Shown piece by piece: positions 36,652 through 51,392 of a stretch of DNA of 64,000 nucleotides. Positions within the stretch are counted from its first letter, which is position 1. Each line of letters starts with the position of its first letter. Source of the DNA: Octopus vulgaris (lineage: Eukaryota); the NCBI GenBank assembly GCA_951406725.2, contig OX597834.1:17174001-17238000 (forward strand), read 5' to 3'. The notes under the pieces were generated by a model. It worked only from the letters and a program-made list of their open reading frames with translations. It had not been told where the DNA came from and searched no databases. A program made the translations under genes and the position numbers.

Positions 36652-39600
36652 TATTGAAACTTGGTGAAAGTTTTAAAGTTTTTGCCTTCTGTTGTTCTTG
36701 ATGAATAATAAAAACAAAAAAACAGTAATTAGAACTTTGGGTGTCTTAGCAGAATATATTAAAAATGAGAGAGGGGGTGTAAAGATTGTATTTACTAATA
36801 AGATAAAAATTGGCAACAGGAAAGGCATCCAACCATAGAAAATTTGCCTTCTGAACTAGCTAACTGCATATTCTCTCCACCTTGGACCACCCATCTTTCT
36901 TGCTCCTCTCATATTCCCTGCTTCTCAACTTGTAAGCACCACACTAAAAGCTTCATTTGATTCTTTCTCCTCAGGTCTGTAACTCGCCCTTCATTCTCTT
37001 TTCTGCCCATGCTTTTACTGCAAGCCTTGACATGCAAATGTTCAAGCTGAATTTCAAAACTCTATCTATTTCCTCAGTTGGGAATCCCTTCCTGAATAAC
37101 TTGAAATAAAAAAAATAAAAAACAAACAACACCCTTCCCCCGCAAACCTAGGGATATCAGTTAATTTTCAGAATAATCAACATTTAGGACACATTTAACA
37201 TGTTTTTTTTTATTGACATTATCACTGTGTGTGTGTGTGTATGTGTGTGCGCAAAACACTGCTTTGCAGTAGATTGTGAAGTAAAGCTGGTTACAAATTT
37301 TTGCAGTATGATAACACGAAATCATGTGTGGTCTCCAACTGACTGGTTGATAAGTAACGTGTTTAACCTTCTTAATGATGAGTATATTTTAAATAATCTG
37401 TTTGAGAGATCTTGCGAGAGCTCAGTGTAAAATATACGTACACCATTTCATCTTTTATTTATTTAAATGGATATTCATAAATCTACAAAAGAACAAAACT
37501 GTTTTTCTTTTTCATCCTTTTAGCAATTTCCATTTAATTTGTAAAAGAAAAGAGGACCCAGAAATTTCTCTGTCTCTCTGTCTCTCTCTCTTTGCATTTC
37601 TGAAGAATGTTATCAGTAATAATCTGGTTTTTAGTCGTCACAGGAAATATATATATGAAGCGGTGTTGCTTGGATGTCATGTAAAATCTAGTACTTCATG
37701 TAGTACCTTTTTTGCTAGTGTAAGAATATATTTCCTCTAATGAACAGCTAAAAAATTCTATGCTACATTATTTTCCTTCTCCCCAAAATTGACTCTTCCT
37801 AATGCAGACCACCACTAAATAGTTTTCTTTCATCAACTACGATCTTCAGGTGTTTCTCTTTTACTGAAGTTATCATCATCATTGTTTTAACATCCACTTT
37901 TCCATGCTTGAATGGGTCAGACAGAATTTGTTGCAGCAGGTTTTCTGTGGCCTGATGCCCTTCCTGTTGCCAACCCTTACCTGTTTCCAAGTAAGGTGCT
38001 ATTTCCCCATGACCAGACATGTTTTCATAGAATATTGGTAATGAGCACCATTTGCATCATGGTGACACACATTTACAGCTATTACTTGGCATCAAGGCAC
38101 AGAGATAGTAATACACACGGCAAGCTTCTTTCAGTTTCTGTCTACCAAATCCACCACAAGGCTTTGATTGGCTTTGGTTTGTCATAATTTGTTTATTCAC
38201 AACCAGTTGATCCCCTCTTTTCACTGATCAACTAAAATATTCCACTGATTCAAACAGCTTTCTGCACTGATATTCATTGATCAAGCATATTTCAACTATT
38301 CAAAAGTAGCTTTAATTCTGTCCACTAACCATCTATTCATCTCGTATATCATCATCATTTTTCCAGTATAACAATATATTTCCTCTAATGAACATCCATT
38401 TTTCCATGTTTGCATGGGTCAGTTGGAATTTGTTGAGGCAGATTTTCTGCAGCCTAGTGCCCCTCTTGTATTCACTAATCGGTCATGTTTCCCTCCTCTT
38501 GTTGAAAAACCAACCTTACTCACTTCTTGTTTAGATGTAATAGACACAGACACATTATAAAAATGTTCTTACATTCCAAAAGCTATTAGGTTTGTGTTGT
38601 AAAAGCCGGTATCTGTTGTCAGAATTTACTTAGCTTAACCATACAGAGCACTCAGCCAGAATTAGAGACGACAGATTTTTCTGTAATGGCTTGCTGGCCA
38701 CTTTCACTGTCTTCTAAGAGCATTTACCCAATCTTCTAAGGTGTTTTCACAGCCATTCTGCATTCAAGATTTTCTCTATTTTCTGTAACACACAATCACA
38801 CACTCTTTAACTCCTCATCTCCTAGCATAAAGCTTCCCCCTTGGGTTTTGGAGGCTTGCAAGTTGCACGATGACCTCACTAGTGCTTGCAGCATGAGAAA
38901 AAGGCACCCAGTTCATGCTGTAAAGTTAGGAAGAGCATCCAGCTGTTGAAATCAGTCATACCAAAGCAGACACTGGAGCACGATGCAGTCCTTGGACCTG
39001 TAGAATCCCGTCAAACCATCCAGTCCATACCACCATGGAACACGGATATTGAATGATGATGATGATGTACGCACACACACACACACACACAAATATATAA
39101 ATTAATATATGTCTCAAATTGCTATCTTAGGGGTAACTACCAGATTCTAAATTCCATTAATTCTCCTGCTTTGTAAAAGAATTATCTTTTTTTTCATTTT
39201 CCTTTTATTTTATTTATTTTTCTCCACTTTTCTTTCTCTTTTCTTCTTTTCAAACATTGACTTGGAGCAATTTTGAAAGTGTAGATCAGTGAAATGATGT
39301 TGATGCTGCTACTGATTCCATAGACTTCTTCACATAAACTCATAAATCAGCTCTCGAGGCTTGTTTGTACACCTGCACACATGTGCATACACACACGTGT
39401 GTGTGCACAATTACATACATATTCTCATATAGTCACTTCTACGTATCTTCACTTTCACACTTGCATGCATACTCACACATTTACTGTGCATAATTGCACA
39501 CTTGCACATACATACATATAAGCCACTACTGCAGATGTGCACTTGCACAATCATGCATACTCGTGCACCGGCACATATTCTTAACACATACACATACCAT

Positions 39601-40080
39601 CGTACATACATGTGAGCAAAACTTCACACATGCCAATACGCATAGTGAAATATATCCATCTTCAGTATGGTGAGTGTGTGTGTGTGTGTGTGAAAATTGG
39701 CTCATGCTAAAATGACGTAGTTTGGAAGGGAAGGAAGTTGTGAAAACTACTTGCTAGTCATCCTCACTCACCTAGATGTGGTGGTGGAAAAAGAGGTGTG
39801 GGGTGTGGGCAGGGAGAGAGAGAGAGAGAGAGCGCGAACACTGTGAAGGCATAATTAGCTGATATTGAGTCTAATTTCAGGTCAGAACAGTACTACTACT
39901 AGTTATTGTTGTTGTTGTTGAAAGGTTCGGATGAAATATTATTTTATATAGTCGAAAAACTGTTTCTGTATAATTCGTTATTTTCTCTCCGGGTCTTGTT
40001 GTAAACGTTGTTTCATGATAAAATGGATCGGGTAGGTCAGCAAATTGAGACTTCAATGGAAATTACTGAAGCAAGTCATT

Positions 40081-40081
40081 T

Positions 40082-40150
<69 letters not shown>
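40081..40150. repeat. (TAT)n microsatellite; many (TA)n, (TG)n, (CT)n tracts elsewhere (e.g. 2458-2521, 21563-21636, 34908-34947)
   Basis: Directly visible simple repeats. Confidence 0.95.
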
Positions 40151-40457
40151 GCTGCTGCTGCAAGCTAATAGAATCATTAGCTGAGCAGAATGATTACTGG
40201 TATTCTGTCTCATCTTTACAGTCTGCGTTTAAATTCTGCTGAGGTTGACTGTGCCTTTCATCCTATCCTTTTGGGGGTCAATAGAATTAATACCAGTCAA
40301 ACACTGAGGTTAATGTATTCCTCTACCCCCACCCATTCACCCACCAAATTTTAGGCCTTGTGTCTATAGTAGGAAGAATTTTATTTTTATATATTTATTT
40401 ATTTATTTATTTTACAAGAGTGACAGATTGCTAATTTGGTAGCTGATAGTGGACTGA

Positions 40458-40500
<43 letters not shown>

Positions 40501-42490
40501 GCCTGTGACACTGTGATATGCTCCTGCAAATAGAAGCAGAGAAGGAGGGTGGTGACTTTTAACTCTCTGGTTTAGTTTACACAACTCTGCATATGTACCA
40601 CATGGAGCTATTAATCATTGCTTCATCCCATGAAGGACCATCTGTGTTGTTGCTCACCTTACTAGAAATAGCACTCAAATCTCCCTCAAATCAAAGCTGT
40701 CTTTGAAAGGAGGACAAATTGAAAAATATGGTCTTAGCTTCAGTGTCCCTCTAAAAATAGATGGGAAGCTTATGGCTGGGTTGCCTACGGTCATTATCAT
40801 CACCAACACCTAATTTCCATACTGGCATAGGTTGGATGGTTTGACAAGGAGCTGGTAAAAGCCAGGGGTCATACCAGGTGCCATAGTCTTTGTAGTATAT
40901 TATGGTTGCATAATGAAATATAATGTCCCTACAAGTCATTGATAAAAAATGTAATCTGGGGCAGTGGATTGGTGGAGCTATAAGAAGGTTGGACTGGATG
41001 CCTTTCATTATTTGTTCCAGTTCTTTGCATTCTAAGCTTGAATCCTGCTGAGCTCAAAATATGTCTTTCAACATTTTGGAGTCAATAAAAGAAAGTAGTA
41101 ATTCAAGGCAGTGTACTGGCAGCAGAACTATAAGACCATCAAACTGGATACCTATGCTTGTGCATGTGTTCATTCAAATTAATGGTGTGTCTATCTGTAG
41201 AGTTTAAAACCAAGATTTCTAGGTCAGCGCTTAATTATAAGATTAGGTTTTTTTTTTCCTCCCCATCTTTTATCTTTTGCTTGTTTCAGTCAATAGACTC
41301 CAGCACTTTTTTGTTTTTTAAAGCCTTGTAACTTATGCTATTGGTCTCTTTTGCCAAATTGCTAAATTACTGGGATGTGAATACACCAGCATTGGTTGTC
41401 AGGTAGTGGTGGAGGACAGACAACCACACACACACAAACATACACACATGACCAAATCTCCTCACAAGACTTTAGCCTCAGCCAGAGACTATTGTAGCAG
41501 TCACTTTCCCAAAGTGCCACACAGTGAGACTCGAACCCAGACCCATGTAGTTGGGAAGCAAATTTCTTACCACACAGCCGTGCCTGCGCCTATGTGTAGA
41601 AGATATGCAATCCAGTAATATCTATAACCATTACAAGAATATGAGTAATTCAACTGAAACAGAACAGTTAGAATTGGAAATTTATATCAGATTAGTTTTA
41701 GCAAGCGATGGTGAGGGTCATTTCAAGGTACTCGTTAGACTTGATTCATAACTCTAATATTTCAAACTACCAGCTGTTGAGAATTCAGTCTGATTTTTTT
41801 CTTTCTCTATTTTTAACTAAAAAAAGAATATTTAAAAATTTTTATTTTTGTATTATTTTTAGTTTTTATCTTGATGTTTTTCATTATAGTCTGACAAAGT
41901 ATTGCTGTCAACTTGTGAAAATGAAGTTGGGATTTTTAATTAGGAGTGAATGGGGGGGGGGGTAAAAGTATAATTATTGTGATGAAATGTATTGAAAACT
42001 GGAGATTAGTCAAGTTGATCCAAATGCTGGAGAAAAAAAACTGATTTAACATAATTCTGCGTTAATATTACACACACTGGGCTTCTTTCAGTTTCCATCT
42101 ATCAAATCCACTCACAAAATTTTGGTCAGTCCAGGGCTATAGTAGAAGACACTTGTCCAAGGTGCTATGCAGTGGGACTGAACATGGGACCATGTGGTTG
42201 GGGAAACAAATTTCTTACCACAAACTTCTTACCATGTCTGTGCCTATTGGAGAGAAAAAGCTGAAATTTTATAAATTTTGACATCATCTTGATGATAGCA
42301 TAAAATTTTCCCTGGTACAAATAAAGTTTCTAAAATGAAGAGAGAAATCCAAAGGGTTGCTTGGGTCCAATGGTAAAACACCTTTCATAGCTACAGGAGA
42401 TATGGGCTCAAGTCCTATGGCTAACCTCTGACGTTTTCTATCTCAAGTGTTTTTTAACCCAATATTTGTACACTTTATTTGCTTCATATG

Positions 42491-42800
42491 AAGGCATGTG
42501 GGTCAGTGGTCAGAGCATCAGGCTCACAATCATGAGGTAGTGAGTTCGATTCCCAGACCTGTGTGTTGTGTTCTTGAGCTAGACACTTTATTTCACGTTG
42601 CTCCAGTTCACTGAGCAGTAGAAATGAGCTGCGACATCAATAGTGCAAAGCTGTATTGGCCTTTGCCTTTCGCTTAGATAACATTGGTGGTGTAGATAGG
42701 GGAGGCTGATATGTATGGGTGCCTGCTGATCTTCCATAAACAACCTTGCCCAGACTTGTGCCTCAGAGGGGAACTTTCTAGGTACAATCCCATGGTCATT
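42491..42800 (+). mobile_element. tRNA-derived SINE, family C variant
   Basis: ggcatgtgggtcagtggtcagagcatcagg...gagttcgattccc (B-box-like), then the gttcttgagc..acactttatttcacgttgctccagttcact body. Confidence 0.7.
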
Positions 42801-45800
42801 TTTTTTTCTTCAAAACCCACCATTCCAAAATAGAACTGCAGCTGTTTTATAGTCTTTCACTCTGTTCTTTCAAGAATCTCTTCTTACCCATGTGTGTCTA
42901 ATGCTACAGAATCTAAATAGTATGACTCATGCGGCTGCATTAGTGAGACTAATTAATTAAATACTATACATCTGGCTGATAAGTTAACTCGTTAGTTCTG
43001 TCCTAATTTATTAGAACCAACCACTCATTGTGTACATTTTCATTTTTAATTTGTCTTTTGTTTCAAATATAACATGACAAACTGACGACATTGAAAACAT
43101 TTAGTCCCCGAGTGAAGAACAATAAGCAGTTTTGCTGCTGGTATCTTTATTGCATTGATGAATCATTCTTATCAGTAATGTCAACATTTTTTCTCCTTCC
43201 ATCATTCGAAATTTCTAATTTTCCAAAGTTGCTTTTATTGGTTTCGTATAAAATCGTTTTGACTCTTCACATAGATCAGATTATTATCTATGACTGTTGT
43301 GTTTTAGCATCGCTTTTGTTATCGGCTTCATCTTTTTAAGAATGAAAGAAGAAAAAACAAAATGACTATACTTAGCCTGTGTATCTTTTTATCTTTTACT
43401 TGTTCCGGTCATTGGTCTGTAGTCATGCTGGAGCACCAACTTGAAGAGTTTTAAGCTAAACAAATTCATCCAGTATTTATTTTTAAAAGTCTGATACTTA
43501 CTCTGTCAGTCTTGTTTACCAAACCTCTAAGTTATGGAGACATAAACAAACCAACACAAGTTGTCAAGTGGTGGGGAGATGTGACATAGACACAAAGACA
43601 TATGTGTGTATACATACACATACACCTACAGAGGGCTTCCACGGAGTTTCTGTCTACCAAATTCATTCACAAGGTGTAGATCATTCTGAGGCTATATTAG
43701 ACACTTCTCCAAGGAGCTGCACATAGAGACTGAACCTGAAACCACTTGGTTGCCAAGCAGGCTTCTTAACCATGCAGCTATGTCTGTGCCTATCCTATCC
43801 TTTCTTTTCTTTCCTTTTTCCTCAAAATCATATTGGGATTGTATTTAGAGGGCCATTTTAGTTACTATCTCCAGCACATCATATGCCTGCTTAGAGGTTC
43901 TCATGGTGTGGTCCATTGCTGTAACAAGTGCTACCTTTTTCTCAGCTTCGTCTACATTTCTGCTTTGCAGCATGACTCGAAGTAATTCTACAATATCAAA
44001 TCTTAAAAAAAACTCTTTTCTATCTTCCAGTTTAAATTTTTGTTTTAATGGTATTGAATCAGATGTAAAGTGGAATTGTTACAAAGATTTCTAGATTTAT
44101 TATAAACATTGACAACCAATAATAATTTTCTGTTTTTTTTTTCCCCCCACCTCTTATTACTTTCAAATTCAGTAGGTTGTTTTTTTATTTACTTTTGCTG
44201 TGTCATATTCTCTTTGCTAATCTTATTAATAGTTGAGGTGGTTGTAAACGGATTAAGTTTGGGTCTGTATTTGTTAGGCTCTTCCTGTACCATTTCTACA
44301 TAGTGTTCAATTGCTCCGTTCTTTTTGGCATGGAAGGCAGTATATATATACACACATTTATATTCTCAGAATTGACAGAGTAATAAGATTGAAAATAAAA
44401 CTGCTCTAGGTTTTGGGTTGGTTTCCTTCTTTGACTTCGATACATCTCCATGAATTTGAATGCTTCTTCACATTATTCTCCATCAAAAAAATCTTACACA
44501 GGCATGGCTGTGTGGTTAAGAAGTTTGCTTCTCAACCATCTGGTTTCAGGTTCGGTTCCACTGCATGGCAACCTGAGCAAGTGGCTTCTACTATAACTCT
44601 GGCTCAACCAGTGCCCTTTTGTAGACAGGCTGTATGTGTGTACATACATGTACACCCTTTACTTGTTTCAGCTATTAAACTGTAGCCAAGCTGGAGCACT
44701 GTCTTAAAGAGACTTAAACACTAATTATCAAGTAGTGGTGGTGGGCAAACATAAAGGCACTTGTCCAGCGTACCACAGAGTAGGACTGAACCCAAGACCA
44801 ATGGTTGGGAAGCAAACTTCTTACCACACGGCTGCACCTTGAACTATCAAATCCATGTCTGTGTTTTTTCATTGGTTAACTGATGTTTAACATACTTAGG
44901 AAATGTTTGAATATCATTCTCTTCCCTTTTGCCAGAAGTAGGTGAAAGCTAGTCAGCATTGATGTATTATACCACTACAAAAACTCAAGGAGAAAATGCT
45001 GAAGCTTAGTGCTTGACTCTGTTTATTATTGCAGTTGTATACGAGATAAGTATTTTCAAAATTAGGAAGAAAAAAAAAAATGTTTGGATTTCCGCATTGC
45101 AGACTGAATTAAGTTTCCTGTTGTTACATCATAAATTGTTGGTTGCTGTGGACCGGATGGATGAATTGATGCGAGGAAGTAGACTGGGTCGGCCATCAGT
45201 TGTGATGAAGAGGAGACAGCCATTTATTTAAGTCGCAGAGAATTTATAGGTCGATGAATTTAGGAAGACAATTACTTTTTGCATGTTCTAATCCATCTTG
45301 TATAGGAAGTAGCTATTCAGCACAACACTGTTTCGTTTAGCAATTCACTAGCTCATGAAGGAACCTCTACAGTTTAGAAATAGTCAGTAAAATATGTATT
45401 GCTAGCACGTTTCAGAGCTAGAACTCAACAAGAATCAAATTAATACTGGTTCTGATTAATTAGATCAGTGCATCTTAGGGTATATTTCGTTACCTTTAAC
45501 CAATAACTTGAAGGTAATTTGACTAGTATTTCTAGCAGATAAATAGGTCAGTCTTTGTGTGAGATGAGCTTTGCATGGAAGAGTTATGGAATGGCACAAT
45601 TCTATAGAGAATGAAGAGTTGGAGGCAGTTCACTATAATTTCTTCCACTGTATTTTCTATATTTCTTTATTAGTTTTATTAAATATTTTAAATAAACTTA
45701 ATTCCTTATCTATCAATTAGTTTTATATACAAAGATAGAATGGAGATATTAAATTTGATAATATCAGTGGCATTGGTGATGGTTATGGAATCCAGTTTAC

Positions 45801-46568
45801 TGTTGATTATGTATTTTCCTTCTTCCCATGCAATTTTAAGAGACACAAGCTATTTGTATATGTTAGGCTGATTACTATTATTCATTTATGCAGAGTATCG
45901 TTAACTCACTTAAGTATTTTGCTGAAACCACTCACACACACACACACCTAATGATAACATTGAAACTTGAATCTGCAACAAGTTTATATTATAGTATCTC
46001 TGGTAATTTGTTGGTTTTTTAAAACTCTTTGGCTACGATTTTCCATGTACTCAAACTCAAAACTTGACAATTGGAATGCTCGTTAAAATTATAGGTCTTA
46101 AAAAGCTGCTTTTACTTGTTTCAGTCATCAGACTGCGGTCATGCTGGGGCACTTGAAGAATTATTAATTGAGTGAATTGACCCCCAGTCCTTTTTTTAAT
46201 TTTTTAAAGTTTCGGATTTATTTTATTGGGCTTTTTTTGCTGAACTGCTAAGTTACAGGTATGTAGATACATCGACACCAGGTGTCAAGCAGTTGGGGAA
46301 ACAGACACAAAGCCACACACACAAACATGATGGGCTTCTTTTAGTTTCCATCTACCAAATCCATTCACAAGATTTTGGTTGGCCAAGGTGCCACAGCAGG
46401 ACTGAATCCAGAACCATGTGGTTGGGAAGCAAGCTTTTTACCACACAGCCATGCCAATGCCTATAGTAGATGATTCTTAATTCGATATGATGCGTTTAAC
46501 ATGAAACTCTGCCAAAGTTTATTGGGGAGCATGCTCTGGCATAATAGGAATCTTGTTGTAATTGTGTA

Positions 46569-46962
46569 ACTCTTTTACTCTCTTTTACTTGTTTCAGTCA
46601 TTTGACTGCGGCCATGCTGGAGCACCGCCTTAAGTCGAGCAAGAATAAGTCCCGACCCCGGGACTTATTCTTTGTAAGCCCAGTACTTATTCTATCGGTC
46701 TCTTTTGCCGAACCGCTAAGTGACGGGGACGTAAACACACCAGCATCGGTTGTCAAGCAATGCTAGGGGGACAAACACAGACACACAAACATATACACAC
46801 ACACTTATATACGACAGGCTTCTTTCAGTTTCTGTCTACCAAATCCACTCACAAGGCATTGGTTGGCCCGGGGCTATAGCAGAAGACACTTGCCCAAGAT
46901 GTCACGCAGTAGGACTGAACCCGGAACCATGTGCTACTTACCACACAGCCACTCCTGCACCT
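46569..46962 (-). mobile_element. Young full-length family-A SINE
   Basis: Reverse complement of 54944-55353 with few differences. Confidence 0.9.
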
Positions 46963-47427
46963 CACTTTTTTTTGGGGGGGGAGTTTGATATGTGGTGGGG
47001 TGAGCTAATATTTTTGATAAAGCACACTGAACTGCTTGGTCAAACTTCATCAAAAAATAAGAGAACATATTGTTTAGTTTCTCAAGCTCCAGTACTTATC
47101 AACTTTCACTGAAAATGAAACTCCAGCCTATTTGAAATAATTTATTTAGATTAAGTCTGTTTCATAAAATTAAATAAATAAACTAAAACTTTGGTAATTA
47201 TAGAAGTGTCTAAGTGAAGTTAGGATGTAAAACTGGTAAAGAACTGATATCTTTACTCCATAGTTTCTTTGTCTCTTTTACTGTTGTCTCTTAATGGCTT
47301 TCTGCTTAATAAAGAACCCATTATTATTAATGGTGACTAATGTTGTCAGAACAGCAGAAATGGAGGTACTTTACAACAGCCAGATTGGTACCTATTTGTT
47401 CTTAGTTCATATTTTTTTATTTTTTTC

Positions 47428-47816
47428 TACTTGTTTCAGTCATGTGACTGCGGCCATGCTGGAGCACCGCCTTAAATCGAGCAACTCGACCCCGGGACTT
47501 ATTCTTTGTAAGCCCAGTACTTATTCTATTGGTCCTTCTTGCCGAACCGCTAAGTGACGGGGACATAAACACACCATCAATTGTCAAGCAATGCTGGGGG
47601 ACTAACACAGACACACATACATACACGCACACACACATATATATACATATATACGACGGGATTCTTTCAGTTTCCGTCTACCAAATCCACTCACAAGGCT
47701 TTGGTCGGCCCGAGGCTATAGTAGAATACACTTGCCCAAGATGCCACGCAGTGGGACTGAACCCGGAACCATGTGGTTGGTAAACAAGCTACTTACCACA
47801 CAGCTACTCCTGCGCC
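47428..47816 (-). mobile_element. Young full-length family-A SINE
   Basis: Reverse complement of 53276-53677 and 54944-55353. Confidence 0.9.
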
Positions 47817-49759
47817 AAAGTTGGATTTTTTTTAATTGTATGTGTGTTCTCTGCAAAATGACAAACTTGATACCATCAGAAATGTCCTGGAGTCAATCCA
47901 ATTGACAGTGCGACTTCCTTAACTGCAAAAATTAAGCCCCGTACATGGAAAAAAAATTTAATCATTCTTCACCTTCTTTACCATCTTGTGAATAAGCACC
48001 AGTTGAGTATAGGGGTCAATGTAATCAACTTGCCCCTTCTCTCGAACTTTCTAGCTTTGTGCCAAAATTTGAAGTTATTATTATCATCATCATCAGTGAT
48101 GTGGCAGGATTGTTAGCATACTGGACAAAATACTTAGCGGTATTTTGCCTGTCGCTATGTTCTCAGTTCAAATTCCACCGAGGTCAAGTTTATCTTTCAT
48201 CCTTTCGGGTTGATAAATTAAGTACCAGTGGAGTACTGGGGTCGATGTAATTGACCATCCTCCTCCCCCAAATTTCAGGCCTTGTGCCTATAATAGAATG
48301 GATTACTGTTATTATTAAGACGGCAAAAATGTGTAGCTGTATTTCATTTCTCTTCACATTCTGAGTTTAAATTCCGCTGAGGTCGACTTTGCTTTTCATC
48401 CTTTTGGGTGGTGGTGGTGGTGGTGGTGGATTATTTCAGACACAGCATACAAATAGTTACTAGTCTACTGACCAACCACTTCTAACACTAATTGAAGTGC
48501 TTCATTTATCTCTGATGAAAAGGGATATAAAAATGTTATACTTGTTCCATCCAATTTATTTTAGGAATATCATACCTTCAATTTAAAAAAAAAAAAAATT
48601 CATATTTATTTGTAAATTCAGCCAAATTGTTGTCACTTATGAAAGCTGTTTTAAGTGAAATATTTGATTTGTTTTTCTGTTTCAAAATAACTACAATTGT
48701 TAGCTTTTTATTACAAGATAGTTAGCCCTCTCTATGTGTTTTATTATTTATTTACATAAATATTTGTTCTAGTTTTTAACTCTTGCACATGTTTCGTATT
48801 GGTTTCCTGATGGTGTCACTGGCTTTTGTTTGGTTGGACCTTTTCCAGTCCATTAAAACAATGAGAATTTACTGTAAGCCGCTGACCTGATTAGCAACAC
48901 TTGGAATAATTTGATACTACATCATTGGATGGTGAGGAGGAGGTTTAAAACACTGTCTCTGCCACCTGAACTGAACAACAAATACACACACACACATACA
49001 CACACACAAAAGCAGGTGCAGGTGTAGCTGAGTGGTAAGAAGTTTGTTTTCCAACCATGTGGTCTTGGGTTCAGTCCCACTCTGTAACATCTTTGGCAAG
49101 CTTCAAGCTGACCAAAGCCTAGTGAGTGGATTTGGTAGAGAGAAAAAGTACCAGGCTTAAATATAAATGGTTTGTTCAACAAAACCCGTTAGGGCAGTGC
49201 TCCAGCATGGCCGCAGTGTAAAGACATGCAGCAAGCAAATGATAGAAGACAAAGCATTGATCATTACTCATTCTGAAAGATGACCAAGAGCATCGTACAG
49301 GATGTGGCTGAATGCAGTTTGTTTCACTGTGGCTGGTCAATCCAGTTAATGGATGACTCAATTGCTTATTGAGCAAATGCAGTTGGCTGAAGTAGGAAAA
49401 ACAATAGCATCTCTGACCTCGCAAAACTTTCAAATTAATTCACTTATGTATTCAGTTCAAATTTTGTAGTAGATTTACCTAGCACTCTCAGTTCACCCTG
49501 ATCATCATCATGTCAGCCAGACCTTCAATCATCAAAAAAAAACAGACATTAGAAAGCAAATCTCCTAGGTTTTCCTCACCCTCTCTTAACGTTTGGATGA
49601 TTAATAAAGATTCTGTTAGCATTCAGTATGCTCCAACTTCTGGCTCACATGCACATTGTTCCTCTTTTACTGCTACTACATAATTGCTGCCCCTTTAAAC
49701 CAGCCCCATTGCTGCATATTGTTCTACTCTGGCCACTCAGTTTGCTCATCTCTTGCCAC

Positions 49760-50168
49760 AGATCTTTTCGGTTTGAACAGTAGTTTTTTCTAGCGGTGTC
49801 ATATGAAATTGTCACCCATAATTATGACCCTAGTATCAATCTATTGCTTTTCAACCTGTTTTAGGGTTAGGGCTAGTGGGGAAGGGTATCTTTTTTTCTT
49901 CACAAATGTAAATAAACCCAATCTGTTTCTTAAACGAGGGACATATTCATACAGCACAATGTTTTTTTACCTCAATGGATGTCAGTGATTGGTTGAAATT
50001 GCAGAAATTGAAGAAAAAACAACAAATATCTTACAAACTATAGAATTTTTTCAATAAAGCCAAGAGAAAAAGATGTTTTATAAACACATTCTACCAGTAT
50101 ACGAAGTTTAAAATTTTTTAGTTACCTAGAAATTATGTTAAAAACTGCCGTTCAAACCGAAAAGATCC
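49760..50168. mobile_element. MITE with GG-starting ~28-bp TIRs and 8-bp TSD (Merlin-like)
   Basis: TIR (g)gatcttttcggtttgaacagtagtttt / aaaactgccgttcaaaccgaaaagatcc; TSD cttgccac at 49752-49759 and 50169-50176. Confidence 0.88.
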
Positions 50169-51354
50169 CTTGCCACTCCTCAAATCTTGCACTAAACATT
50201 TCCCAACCCACACACACACACCGCTGTTAACTGTTATCGTTTAGAATTCCGTCCCCTCCCACATTTTTCTTTCATTGACTTAGAAATGTTCAAATATGAA
50301 CCATATTTGGGATGGTTACTTTTCTTCCTCAATTAAAAATGTAAAAAAAAAAAGTATATGCAGTAATTGTCATGCAATCTCACTGTTGTCACTCAGCTAC
50401 GACTAACAGCTGCATAATGGATTGTACAATGTAAAAAATCCAATGCTGTGAAGTGAGGTATATCTGGAGTACAAATAATGGTGGTTCTAGATATTTGAAT
50501 ACTTGTGGTCTGAAGGAAGTTAACAGGCAGGATATGCCAGATCAGTTTCTTAAAAATAACAATGTTAGAAAGCTCAAAATGAAAATTTTTGCTTATAAAT
50601 TTTTTAATGAATTTAACTCTTTAGTATTTCAACTGACCATATCCAGGTCAAATATTCTACTCATTTTAAGTTCAAAATGGCCAGATCTGGCTTCTCACAC
50701 CATCCCTACAATATCCTTCTGAAAATTAAGTTACCTCACCAAAATCTCAAGGCTGCAAGATTAATTCAAAATGTGAATGCTAAAAGGCCAAGAAACACAG
50801 AAAAAAGAATTACTTGCTTCAGTCATTGGACTGTGGCCATGCTGGGGCATTACATTAGTGGGTTTAGTTAAATTAACACCAGCAACTTTTTTTTTAAGTT
50901 TGGTACTTATTCTATCGATTTCTTTGCTGAACCACTAAGTTATAATGACATACACAAACTGATACCAGTTGTCAAGGAATAGTAGAGGACAAACAGATAC
51001 ACGTGAGCACATACATATATACCATATAGGCAAATCCAACAACAAAAACAGGAAAAAAGCCACAAAAGTCAGCTGGACATACACAGTGAATATGGACTGA
51101 TGGCCAGTGAGAGCATTAGATGGGAAAATAATAGAAAAAGTTCAGAGAAAAAGGAAAAGAGGCAAAGAACAGATAGTCCAGAGCAAAGCATGTGTCATTG
51201 CATGGCTAAAAAATAACTGACCAGAAGTAGGAGAGAGATTGAGAGTTTGATTTTTGAAGGTAGTTGAATGTAAAAATGGTCATTGTGTGTGTGTGTACAT
51301 CTGCAAATCTTGAGTAATGTGTTTGTTTGTTAGAGAATGCTGTGTGGGATGGTA

Positions 51355-51392
<38 letters not shown>

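Noticed and set aside
49861-49872. TTAGGG repeats as an interstitial telomere
   Set aside because: Only two units, and they are internal to a MITE present twice in the window.
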